Origin: Callorhinchus milii
Taxonomy: Eukaryota
Length of the DNA: 64,000 nucleotides
Direction of reading: 5' to 3'
Assembly (NCBI RefSeq): GCF_018977255.1
Contig: NW_024704743.1
Coordinates: 56,360,001-56,424,000 of the forward strand
The position numbers and the translations under genes are program-made. Below, one piece after another: positions 12,846 through 24,535 of the stretch (its first letter is position 1; every line of letters starts with the position of its first letter). The notes under the pieces were generated by a model. The model searched no databases. It saw only the letters and a program-made list of their open reading frames with translations, and had not been told where the DNA came from.

Positions 12846-14367
12846 TACTGTTCAGTCCATTCTTTAAAAAAATCTCAAATAGTCTCATTTTGCTAATAAT
12901 GTCTTTGATTGCAGTGCCAAGCTACAGTCAAAGGCACAGTATGATGCTACTGGTGCTTCCCTAATCTCAGAGATGCCACTGGCTGTGTCACCATCAAGTG
13001 TTGCAATCATCTCGATGAGTGCCAGACAATCTACACCTTTGATTGTAATTGTTTATGCCATAAATCAATAAATATTCAATCAAGAAAATTATTTTGTTGG
13101 CCAACCAAAAAGATTGGCCATCACTGGTCTAGACAGTGCAAGTGGAAACTCCTTCCATTAACCAGAAGAATGTTACATTATCTGATGGGAACACTGCTCT
13201 GAAAGCAGATCTCATCAGAGTAAAGTGTGATGTACCTCTAGTTTCTTTATTGAGGAATCGTGTTCGAAATTTCAAAATTACCTTGTATCAGATCGCAGAG
13301 TAACTTTGTGCTGATTTTCCCATCGGCTCTGAGAGTAATACGAATAGTAAAAAGATGGCATTAATGTCTCCACATTTATCATTTACTGTTGGAAATATTG
13401 GGCAGGTGGCCGGTATCTAGGTGGTCTATACCAATTCTGCAGAGGATTACCCAGAATTGGCACAAATTGCCTCTTCCCCTCTCCAAATCTCATTTCAAAT
13501 GGGTTAAAAATAAAGGGCCAAAGTTTAATTAAATTTGTATTGAGTCTCAAAGTTACTCTGGTCCGTTTGAAAAGGGCATTGTCCCATTGCTATATGCAGA
13601 CATTTCAGACAATCAAAGATGGAAAAGGGAATCCACATCTGCTGCAACTTTCACAATAGAGGCGACTTTGAACATTATCAAGCGTGCCATGTTCAGAGGC
13701 TAAAAAAGCTTCTCTTGTAAGCCAGAAATCCATGACGACAACATCCCTTTACACCCAAGCTCTTTCATTCAGATCTGCAGCTGATTCTGAGTGAATTAGA
13801 ATTTACCATCTCCATGCAAACTGAGCCCCAGTTATCATGCATTTACCCTATGCATATTCCCCCAGCACGTTTAGCAATGTACAAAATAAATACAATGTGG
13901 GCAGTATGCATGCGCTGCTTGAGTTCTGGCCAATGGCCAGAGGAGTGTTGAATGCAGACATTTGAGTTAGTGTTCCAGTGGGAGCAGCTGCAGTAATAAA
14001 ACAAGACATTCATTACAAACAGGAAAACTTGGAACCACAATGACAATGGCTTGACCTCCAAGAGTCAGTCTCCGAACCCTAGGAGAAACTAAAGGAATAC
14101 ATGGCTCTGCCGCATAACTTGAATGCAAAGTACTTTACTGTACGTTGGACAGTACCAATGAGAAACAACATTCGAAGATGGTCTTAGAATACAGTAGAAG
14201 ATTTAGATCAGTTGAATCCAACCAAAACTGCTAAAGGTTTTTTTGCATTGCAATAGATTTTTTTAAAAATTTTACTCAGTAGGTTGTTAGAATGTGAAAT
14301 GTCTGTCCACAAATTGAGGTTGAAATAGACTGCATTGTATTCAGAAGAAAATTATCTATTTAGTTAG

Positions 14368-14730
14368 GGAGTCCTGTCAATGTAGTGGTTAGTGCATTCA
14401 TCCTGCAAGCGAGAGGACCTGAGTTTGATTCCCAGTAAGGGCGAAACCTTAGGCAAGTTTTTTTGCTCCACACAATTACCTTGCAGTAAGTAGAAACACA
14501 GTTGTTAGTTGATTGGCAGATCACTTTCCAGAGTTAATAATCACCTAACAAAAATAATAATAATTTGGTCACTCAATCCACAACTGTTTGTTGGACACTG
14601 CTGTCGGAATTGGCTGCAGCGTTTTGCCCATAAAATCTTCCATCAATTTACAGTATATTCTGCGTAGCAGTTTGAGATATCTTGAAGATGTGATAAGGTG
14701 CTATATCAAATGCAAGGATTATTATTATTA
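14368..14730 (+). mobile_element. tRNA(Ala)-like SINE, long form, full length
   Basis: ggagtcctgt head with A/B-box-like gtggttagtg and gagtttgattccc, extra middle block (ttaccttgcagtaagtag...gattggcagatcac), and (att)n tail. Confidence 0.88.
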
Positions 14731-15369
14731 ACAGTGAAAAAGCATTTTTAAAGAGGGCTTTATGTAAGAATTCAACTATTCCTCCAGGCCTGTATTATTC
14801 TATTTCATGTAATGGATAAAAATAGCTGGCATCTCACTGATGCAAATCTCTGCTAGAGCTGTGGTACAGATCTTGAATATAAGCATCTTCAAAGAACAGT
14901 ATACAGAAACAAATAGACTTTATTTTCTAGGATTCATGGACACCTTTTTAAAAAAATTTAAACATAAGCACAAAAATCAAAGGTTAATTTACCATGTAAG
15001 TAAATAGTGCTAAGCATGGTCATTTTAAAATGATTATCATAATAGGTATGATCTGTCTTGAAATTTGCTCAAGTGCATTTGTATTCAAGAAATGATCTGA
15101 GCCTCTGGTGGAAGATCAGCCAGGAGCCATTGATGGATTGCCAGTTTACCCTGAATAAATAATGTAACCATTTAGTGAGGGCAAAAAATCCTTTAACCAC
15201 TAACGCCAAAGGCAGGATTTGGGGACTAAGGAGTTGTAAGGCTGTGTAGCAAATAATTGACAGTATGCCTTTTGTAGGGTCTAGGTATGCATCCTGCACG
15301 TCAAAGCTATTTTCCTATAAATCATTACAATCGCTTCACAAATATTTAATCCCAAATCCTTGTTAGAGT

Positions 15370-15768
15370 TAGCCAGGCTCCATTGGCTCCCCATCACCGA
15401 ATGGATCTACTTCAAGATCCTCACACTCATGTTCCAGTCCATTCACTCCCTGGTACCTTCCTACGTCTCTGACCTCCTCACTCCCCAATCCACCACCGGT
15501 TCCGCTCGATTGGCACCGGCCTCCTGCTTGTCACTCACACCCTCCACCCCACCATTGGAGGTCGCACTTTCAACCACTATTCCCCAAAACTTTAGAACAC
15601 TCTCCCTCAATCCCTCTGCCTTGCCTTCTCTTTCCCCTTTATCAAGTCCTGCCTGAAAATCTTCCTTTTCGACCGTGCTTACGGTCACCTCGCCCCCTCC
15701 CCGGCTTGGAGTTAGGTTCCACTACTGTTAAGCACTCTGAAATGCTATATAAGTGCAGGTTGTTGTTC
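15370..15768 (+). mobile_element. L2 LINE 3' end
   Basis: Translates LARLHWLPITEWIYFKILTLMFQSIH (L2 ORF2 C-terminus); ends gctatataagtgcaggttgttgtt. Confidence 0.9.
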
Positions 15769-15993
15769 TTGTTATAGTGCATTTAATTGGATCCACCATT
15801 AAAAGAGCACAAAAAAAGTCTGACTCTAGATCGTCAGGTCACCGATAAAGCTATTGTGCTGGAGCAAGAGACTCCACTGATGATGATAATAATGATAATA
15901 ATAAAATAATAATAATAATTCTTGCATTAATCCCTTCCTTCATGGTGTGCAGCATGCAGGAATGACATTAATACGTAACATGCAGGAAGGGAT

Positions 15994-16308
15994 AATAATA
16001 ATAATAATCCTTGCATTTGATATAGCGCTTTTCACGTCAGGAGGACGTCCCAAAGCGCTTCACAGAAGACACTGTAAAGTGAATTGACTGTATATTTTGT
16101 GGGCGAACGCGGCAGCCAATTGCGCACAGCAATGTCCCACAAACAGTCGTGGATTGAAAATGACCAATTTATTATTGTTTTTTGGTTTTGGAGGGATTAT
16201 TATTAGGCGTGTGGAGTAAGGAAACTTGCCCAAGGTTTCGCCCTCTGCCTGGAATTGAACTCAGGTCTCTCGCTTGCAAAGCGAGTGCTCAACCACTGAG
16301 CTACAGGA
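15994..16308 (-). mobile_element. tRNA(Ala)-like SINE, short form, little diverged
   Basis: Reverse complement tcctgtagctcagtggttgagcactcgctttgcaagcgagagacctgagttcaattcc...gggacgtcctcctgacgtgaaaagcgctatatcaaatgcaagg(att)n; CpGs retained. Confidence 0.93.
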
Positions 16309-16484
16309 TGGTAGTTGCCTGACAACCTGAACGTCAAAGTCATTTCTTTAGCCAATTGGCCCACGTTAGATGCGGATTACATGTCGGGTATTTACAGGTC
16401 CACAGAGCACCTGCAATGAAAACAAACTCGTCTCTAGTGTGATGCTTGATAACAGGTTTGCCCTTTGCATATAAACCATACAAC

Positions 16485-16790
16485 CAACTTAGAGGGGACC
16501 ACATAGCAGTGTATAAAATTCTAAATGGGATTGAAAAAGCAAACCCAGAACAATATTTTTGTATGCACCAAGATGATAGAACAAGAGAACATAGGTTTAG
16601 AGTTACAAAGAGCAATTGCAGCATAGATACTGGAAAGTGTTTCTTTACACAGAGGGTAAACAATGACTGGAAAGGTTGCCAGGAAGGGTGGTTGAAGCCC
16701 GGACACTGGACTTATTTAAAAACAACTTGATACTGTGAGGGGTATAGTAGGCTGGGATAAGATTCGATGGGCTGAAGAACCTTCTTTACT
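16485..16790 (+). mobile_element. CR1 LINE ORF2 C-terminus and 3' UTR
   Basis: LRGDHIAVYKILNG...RTREHRFRV...FFTQRVNNDW matches the CR1 LRGDLIxxYKI / RTRGH / FFxxRVVxxWN pattern. Confidence 0.88.
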
Positions 16791-17394
16791 CAAAGCAATG
16801 GATGCAGACAGGAAGATGATGGCTATGCTCTCACCCATTTCATGCTGAGATATGTTGCACACCGGCAAGCTCACAGGGAGTTCCTTGTACCTACCATCCA
16901 TCTAGTAAGGGCTCAAACCCGTGCTTGTCAGATATCAAACATCCAACTAGTGACTATCCTCCTTGGCGGAAGGTAAGCGGGGTCTCCTTGAAGCTGAATG
17001 GATAATAATATGATTTTCTGATTCTATAAAGTGACATGCCTGGCAACGAAATGTCGGAATTGAGCCAGTCTCGATTGTCCGGATCCTGAGCCAGGCAGGT
17101 CCGTAGTATTCCAATGCAATGCTGATGACAGCACAGGATTGGCTCATCAGCACCTAGAAGGGCAGACTAGTCACTGTAGCAGGGAGTCATCCCACTCATC
17201 TCCTGTAAGCAGAGCCAAAGCCATAATGGGTAGGGTGTTCCTAGCTGGACAAGCAGCATAAAAGCTTGCCATACAGCAATATAAATGGCGAGATATTCAG
17301 TTTTAGCTAGTTAGACTTCAGCAGTGCCCCAAAACACACTCTGGAATTCCTAAGCCTTGGTTCTTGCCAACCTGCGCCTAGTACCTCTCACACT

Positions 17395-18511
17395 GCCTGC
17401 ACTTCATCTCCTCAAATGGCTTCTCCTCTAGCCCCCGGACCATCTTGTGCGACGTTCCTCAGGGCTCTGTACTTGGTCCCCTCCTCTTCAACATCTATAT
17501 GCTCCCCTTTGGTGACATCATCTGTAGACATGGGATCAACTTCCACAAGTATGCAGATGACACCCAACTGTACCTCTCTGCCTGCATCTTTGACTCCAAG
17601 ACCACTGCTGTGCTGACAGAATGTCTGTCAGGCATCAGTCCTGGATGAGAGCTAACTTTCTTCAGTTGAACATCAAAAAGACCGAGGCTCTCCTGATTGG
17701 CTCCCATCAGCGCCTCCACACCTCAGGCGCTGAGAGCATCACCATCCATGGTTGCACACTCCACCTTGCTAAGCCAGTCCGGAAGCTTGGGGTCTTGTTC
17801 GACCCTCAACTATCCTTTCTACCACACCTTCACTCCATGACCTGTTCTGCCTTCCCCACCTCCACAACATCGCCCGGATCCGGCACTGTCTCACACTGCA
17901 GGTCGCTGAAACCCTCATACACTCCTTCATTACATCGAGGCTCGACTATACAAACTCATTGCTTGTTGGCCTCCCCAACTCCTCCCTCCAGAGGCTGCGG
18001 ATCATCCAGAATTCTGCAGCCCGTGTCCTCTCTGCACTAGGCTCCGTGACCCTATCACCTCCATCCTTGCTCAACTCCACTGGCTTCCCATCACATAGAG
18101 GATACAGTTCAAGATCCTGGTCCTCACCTTCAAAGCCCTCCATGGTCTTGCTCCCCCCTACCTCTCCGACCTCTTAACCCCCTACCATCCTGTTCACTCG
18201 CTCCGCTCAGTGGGCTCCGGCCTGCTTCAGGTCCCCCTCCTTTCTCGCCCCACTATCGGCAGATTGGCCTTCCGCTACTCTGCACCCACCCTCTGGAACC
18301 TCATCCTGCAGTCCCTCCATCTCGGCCCCTCCTTCGCCACCTTCAAGACTCACCTCAAGACCCTCCTCTTTGACTGTGCTTTTGAAATCCCGGCGTCCCC
18401 CCCTGCCCTCCCCCCACCCTGACCCTCAGCTCAGACCCGAAACTCTGTCTGTCCAGCGCCTTGGGACGTCCTCCTGACGTGAAAGGCACTATACAAATGT
18501 AATTTTGTTGT
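17395..18511 (+). mobile_element. L2 LINE, 5'-truncated, frameshifted reverse transcriptase C-terminal half plus 3' end
   Basis: [58 protein letters not shown] in shifting frames; tail gggacgtcctcctgacgtgaaaggcactatacaaatgtaattttgttgt. Confidence 0.96.
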
Positions 18512-18789
18512 AATACTTTTTGGAATTAGGTAAACAGGATGCGTCTCTCCAGAGAGAGAATGTGCATACCATTCTATCAATCTATCTCTGGGATTTCCAT
18601 GTGTAGGTGGGATGCATGGAAATCGCAGCTTGGCTTGGATATTCTTAAACATGGTGATGGGATTCCACATGTGTCAGACACTCAACTGACCAAAAATATT
18701 TTTTTATGCAAAGCAATCTTGTGAATTAGCTTTTCTTTAATAATTCAGTTTTAGAAACTCCATGAGTTTAGCCAATAGGTAATCGAGTT

Positions 18790-19100
18790 TTACAGGCGAG
18801 GAATGTCACTGGTTCAATCACAGTCAATGTTGAGTGAACTGAGTTCAGTTGGGGCAGCAGTCACAGTTGAGAAAATCAACTAGGTTCATGCTTCCTTTAT
18901 CTGGTGAACTCTGCTGGAAGGTGAGGGTGTCTTGCAAAGACAGTTAGGTTTGACTGTGGTGCTGTCTGCAGCGAAATAGCCTCTCGGCTATCATTGTCTA
19001 AGCTCACACATGAATAATGGCCACTTGGATAAGGTACTGGAGAGCGATCAGCACACATTAAACATTACCCCAGGAGATGAGGAAGGAAAATTGAGTCAAA
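18790..19100 (+). mobile_element. Old unclassified SINE-like repeat
   Basis: ggttcaatc (B-box-like), ctctgctggaag, aaatagcct, gctcacacatgaataatggccacttgg...aggtactggag; shares segments with 790-940 and 5465-5765. Confidence 0.55.
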
Positions 19101-20552
19101 ATGCCTTTGGGGAGGCGAGGAAAAAAATTAAATACAAATTAACTTCCAGTGAAATGGTATGAATGAGAGTTAAAGGGTATGGAGCTTTCAGCTGTTCTCT
19201 GCCGTGTGCAACTGGGATTTTATTTGACTAAATGCATATTACAAAAAGCAGAAGAAAATGTGAAAGAACGCATTATGTAGATCCAGCCTATAGAGGCTAA
19301 CAAAAACAATGCTGTCTCTCTAATAAGTATGTCTGTGCAGGCCAAAAGCAGCTCTTTAGTCCTTTAATACCTCTAAGTGATTTCTGCACTGCTGCAGGCC
19401 TGCGCAATGCTTTCCAAACTTAAAGAGGAAATGGGCTGGGTGTCTCCCTAGTGATTGCCATCCCACCATTAGCAATGAGTGTAACAGGTCAGCCCCCTCT
19501 GCGTGCCATTCACAAATTGCTGACATCAGCGTTCATTCATGAGACTGGGCCTTGTTTTCAGACTGCACTAATGCAAAGAGACGTGTGAAGCGGTTGAGTT
19601 TATAGAAAAGGGCAGGAGATGCTGGGTGCTGTGTACACATTCCCACACACTGCTAGCTCATTCACATAGAAAATAATCAGAGGAAACCAATTGCACTTTC
19701 CCAACATAGGCTCAAGGGTACTCAGTAGAAAGCATGCGGAAGTTTGCAACATCAGATTTCATTTTAATTTTTTAGGTTCCCTTGATAATTTTGAGACAAG
19801 ATAAAGGGATAATTATTGTCTGAGGACTTAGATACATCCCTCTCTCCACCCTTAAAAACTCAGGAAGATTGTAAAGAAGCAAATATTTCTGTACCAGATA
19901 TTTATCGTTTACCTGGGACGACAGACCATTGTTGTGGAATGTCTGCAAAATCAATTTTCACATTTTTCTTGTGTGGGGGGGAAACTGATCTTTCTATGTG
20001 GGGGAGAAGTGTTGACTGTTTGATGGAATTCAAGCCTGTGGAAATACATGTGTGTACGTGCACTTGTGTGTGGAGTGGGGAAGAAATGGAGGATCTGAAC
20101 TCAGCATAAGATTTATAGTTCAGGACAGTGGAATTTCAGGATATCGGAAGATACCCTAGTCTTATCTGATTAGCATCATTGCTTTATTTTCATTCCTCCT
20201 ATTCATAAATGCAGGTATACAAGCCAGCTGGGCTCAGTTCATTCCAAACAGAAGTATGCACAAGCACTCACCAAGTCTACAGTGGAGCATTGCCAGGAGA
20301 CTGTGGGGAAGTCAGACTTCCTTGGTAAAACCAATATGTTTAACATATGGCATTGTTTCTCCGGAATCTTCCAACCTGCCTGTGCTTCCCTATTGTGTGG
20401 AGTTGCCAAATCCCAGACAATAGGGGAGTTTTAAACTCCTAAAATTCAGCTACGATTCATAAGAACAAAGAGAACAAGGGTTTATGGTTACGAGGATAAG
20501 TTTCAACAATTGGATTTCTTTCCACCAGAATGGAGAATGTTAAGAGTAGACC

Positions 20553-20758
20553 TAATAATCCCCTCTTTTCTGGGGATATAATCATTAAAAAAAAAATTTG
20601 GTCACTTAATCAACGGGTGTTTGTGGAACACTGCTGTGCGCAATTGGCTGACACGTCTCGGTCACAAATACACAGTCAATTCACTTTACAGTATATTCTG
20701 TGAAACGTTTTGAGATGTCTCGAAGACGTGAAAAGCACTATATTAAATGCAAGGATTA
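20553..20758 (+). mobile_element. 3' half of the tRNA(Ala)-like SINE
   Basis: gtttgtggaacactgctgtgcgcaattggctg...cagtcaattcactttacagtatattctgtgaaacg...aaatgcaaggatta. Confidence 0.85.
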
Positions 20759-22036
20759 CTCTGCACCCTCTCTAAGGTGAGTATGTCCTTTCTTAAATAA
20801 GGAAAAAACTGCACATAATATTCTAGGTGCGGTCTCACCAAGGCCTTATAGAACTACAGCAAAACTTCCCTACACTTGTACTCTAACCCTTTCACAATAA
20901 ATGCCAATACAGTTGCTTGCTGTACCTGCATACTAACTTTGTGTGATTGGTGCACAAAGACACCCAAATCCTTCTGAACACTAACACTACCTAGTTTCTT
21001 CCCCTCTAGAAAATAATCCGCTTTTCTATTTTTACTACCCAGGTGAATAACTTCACACTTCTCCACATTATACTCCATCTTCTTGCCCACTCTCCTAGCC
21101 TGTCTATTTCTCTTTGCATTCTTTGTGTGTCATCCTCACAGCTTACTCTCTCACCTATCTTCATATTGTCTGCGAATTTAAATATGTTAAGTTCTATTTC
21201 CTCATCTAAATCATTGATATAGACTGTAAATAATTGAGGCCCAAGCACTGATCCTTGTGGCACTCCACTATCCCATCCTGCCAATCTGAGAAGGACCCGT
21301 TTATCCCTACTCTCTGTTTTCTTCCTGTTAGCCACTCTCCAATTCATGCTAATATATTACCTTTAATTCCATGGGCTCTAATCTTATGCAACAGCCTTTT
21401 AAGTGACACCTTGTCGAATGCCTTCTGGAAATCCAAATACACCACATCCACTGCTTCCCCCCTATCTAACCTGCTAGTTGCATCCTTAAAAATCTCTATA
21501 AGATTTGTTAAACATGATTTCCTTTTCGTAAAGCCATGTTGACGCTGCCTAATCATGTTATGATTTTCTAAGTACCCTAATTAAGAACTCTAGAATTTTC
21601 CCTACCACCGATATCAGACTAACTGGTCTACAGTTCCCCATTTTTTGTCTCCCAACCTTCTTAAATATCGGCCTTATGTTTGTGACCTTCAAATCACTGG
21701 GAACTATTCCAGAATCCAGGGAATTTTGGAAGATTAAAAAAAAGCATCCACTATCTTTGTAGCCACGTCTTTTAAAATCCTAGGATGCAGCCATCAGGTC
21801 CAGGGGATTTTTCGGTTTTTAATCCTATCAATTTCTCTAGTACTATTGCTTATGTTCATTTCTTTAAGTTCCTCACTAACATTAGCCTCCAGTTTCTCCT
21901 CTATTTTCGGTAAGTTTTCAGTGTCCTCTAATGTGAAGAAAGAAGCAAAATTATTGTTTAATGACTCTGTCATTTCTTTATTCCCCATTATAATTTCTCC
22001 TGTCTCTGCATGCAATGGACCCACATTCACTTTTGA
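20759..22036 (-). mobile_element. CR1 LINE ORF2 reverse transcriptase fragment, disrupted
   Basis: Minus-strand KSPGPDG (about 21790-21812), QHGFTKRKSCLTNL, YLDFQKAFDKV, SGVPQGSVLGPQLF, FADN (FADD-like), KDLGV; frameshifts between these. Confidence 0.96.
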
Positions 22037-22302
22037 TAGTAAAATGGGAGGTTTCAAAATTCTGAAAGGTTTTTAGAGTTGACAATGCTTTACATTGGTT
22101 GGTAACTTAAAAGCATAAGACAAGGATCATTACTGAAAAAAAGGGCCAAGTTTGAAGAAACAACAGCTTATGTTGCCCTTCTTACAGGGTAGCATCTCGG
22201 AGCACAGAAATATTTTCACATTGAGATTTGTTAGAACACAATGCTTTGCCATAAGGAACTGTAGAGGCTGAGCCTATAACAATGTTTAGATACATTAAAA
22301 GA

Positions 22303-22550
22303 AATCCTTGCATTTAATATAGCCTCTTATCATAATATAATAATCCTTGCATTTGATATAGTGCCTTATCACACCTTTGAGAAGTCTCAAAGCTCTTCAC
22401 AGAATATTACTGTAAAGTGAATTGACTGTATATTTTGTTGGCGAATGTGACAGCAGTGTCCCACAAACAGTTATGGATTGAATGACCAAATTATTATTTT
22501 TTTGGAAGGGATTACTAGCCGCGGAAATGTGATCGGCCAATCGATCCGCA
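22303..22550 (-). mobile_element. tRNA(Ala)-like SINE 3' part (long form) with duplicated tail
   Basis: atccttgcattt(a/g)atatag occurs twice (about 22304 and 22343), followed by the SINE body up to gatcggccaatcga. Confidence 0.8.
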
Positions 22551-22925
22551 TGTCAATGTCTCAAAGCATTTCACAGCAGCATACTATTAAGCACAATGTA
22601 ATATCTAGAATAGGAGAATATGAAAGATTATGGGGGTAAAGATGGGAATTGGAAATAGATTAGTTAGCTCCAAAAGACATGCCTGCATCGGCAAAGACTC
22701 TATAAGCCGAATGCCCATATTTTTGCTGTAAATTCTATGTTTCTGTAAGTAATAGAATAGAGCTCACTGAGTCCATATCAGAAGTACTTTGATGTTTCTT
22801 CGCTTTTCACTCTGGATGTGTTCTTTGGAGATGTGCACAAGTCCCTATCCATCATTCTCTGATCAACCAATTGTTCATTTCCAACACTCTGTTTTTACTT
22901 TAGATTTCCAGCATTTATAAAGTAA

Positions 22926-23180
22926 CTATCCTTGCATTTGATATAGGGCCTTAACTCATTGAGACATCTCAAAACATTATATTTGGTAGCAACTTTCTCA
23001 TGGGGAAGATGTTGCAAAGCACTTCAGAAGATGTACTGTGAAGTGCAGTGACTATTTTGTAGATGAAATGCACAGCAATGTCCCGCAAATGGCTATGAAA
23101 TTAATAACCAACATTATTTTTAAAAATTTGGGGGGGGATTGTTAGCCAGGACACTAAAGGGTCTCCATTCTCTTAAGCAA
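22926..23180 (-). mobile_element. Deu-domain SINE 3' half, degenerate
   Basis: atccttgcatttgatatagggcc...gcacagcaatgtcccgcaaa...gccaggacac. Confidence 0.7.
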
Positions 23181-23814
23181 TATCACATATATGGCATCAG
23201 GGAGAGGAAATAGGGGCAATGCATTCCAAAATCATATTATTCTCAGGAAGAAAGAAAATATTTTCTCATGAATCCTAACCTTTTGCCTTCATTTTAAAGT
23301 TATGTTCCCGAGTAATTGATCAGTGTATGATGAAGAAAAGTCAACAAAATGTTGAACATCTCAGTTGAATCTTCTCTTGGCTTTCTAAGCTACAGAGAAT
23401 CCATCCCAAATCTATCTCTCAAGTTCAGCACTGGTCCACAACCCTGGTCTTGTACTTTATCTGTAAATCTACGCTGCGCTCTTTCTCTTCCCATATATCT
23501 TTCTTGTGATGAGGTCCCAAGATCAAACACAATGCTCCAACTTGTGGGTCTTGTACAATTTTACAATACTTTCCTTCTTTTGTATTCTGTGCCTCTTACT
23601 ATGAAACCCACCAGTCTGTTACAGCTTTTAATAGCTGGTGAACTAACCTGATGTTTTATTTACAATAGTAAATTCCCTTCGTGAATCAACTCCTTCCCTT
23701 GCCATATAACACATATGCGGCAGCCCCATTATAGCCCTTTCATAACAGTGCACTACCCTGGTTATATTGGATTTGAGCTCACAGAAAATGTGGTCCACCC
23801 AATTTTTGGCCCTG

Positions 23815-24160
23815 ACTAATAATCGTTGTGTTTGATATAGTGTATAATCACGTCTTCGAGACATCTTAAAGCGTTTCACAGAATATACAATAAAGTGAAT
23901 TGACTACTGTTTCTGGGTAAAACGCGGCAGCCAATTGCACACAGCAGTGTCCCACAAACAGTCGTGGATTTAATGACCAAATATATATATTTTTGAAGGA
24001 ATTATTACCCCCGGAAAAGCGATCCGCCAATCGACTAATAACCGGGGTCCTACTTACTGCTAGGTAAACAGAAGCATTTGGAGTAAGGAAACTTGCCCAG
24101 TGTTTGGCCTTGCCGGGAATCAAACCCAGGTCTCTCGCTTGCGAGGCGAGTGTTCTAACC
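23815..24160 (-). mobile_element. tRNA(Ala)-like SINE, long form, first ~18 nt missing
   Basis: Reverse complement ggttagaacactcgcctcgcaagcgagagacctgggtttgattcccgg...ctgtttacctagcagtaagtaggaccccgg...gattggcggatcgc...; Deu-type core and tail. Confidence 0.92.
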
Positions 24161-24535
24161 AACAACAACAACAAGATTCCATTTATTGAGCGCCTTTCAC
24201 GTCGGGAGGACGTTCCAAGGCGCTGTACAGTTGGGTCAGGACCCAAGCAGGGGGGAAATGGTCAGGGTGAGGGGAGGGAAGGGAGGGAGCGAGGAGGAGG
24301 TAGAGAGTCGAGAGGGGAGCTGAAGGCACGGTCAAAGAGAAAGGTCTTGAGACCGGCCTTCAAGGAGAAAAGGGAGGAGGCGGCGAAGGCACTGGGGGAT
24401 TGAGTTCCAGAGCCTCGGGGCTGAGAGGCTGAAGGCCCGGGCATCGATGGTAGGGCGGTTGGGGCGGGGGATGTGGAGCAGACCGGAGCCAGAGGAACGG
24501 AGGGTACGGGCGGGTAGGTAGGGGGATGGGACTAG
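24161..24535 (-). mobile_element. Young L2 LINE 3' end
   Basis: Minus strand reads PARTLRSSGSGLLHIP...RAFSLSAPRLWNSIP; CpG-rich; tail gggaacgtcctcccgacgtgaaaggcgctcaataaatggaatc(ttg)n-like. Confidence 0.93.

Noticed and set aside
17120..17152. CTGATGA on both strands as a hammerhead ribozyme or C/D box snoRNA
   Set aside because: No stem II followed by GAAA at the right spacing and no convincing C/D box pair with a terminal stem. Kept only as an unexplained hairpin.
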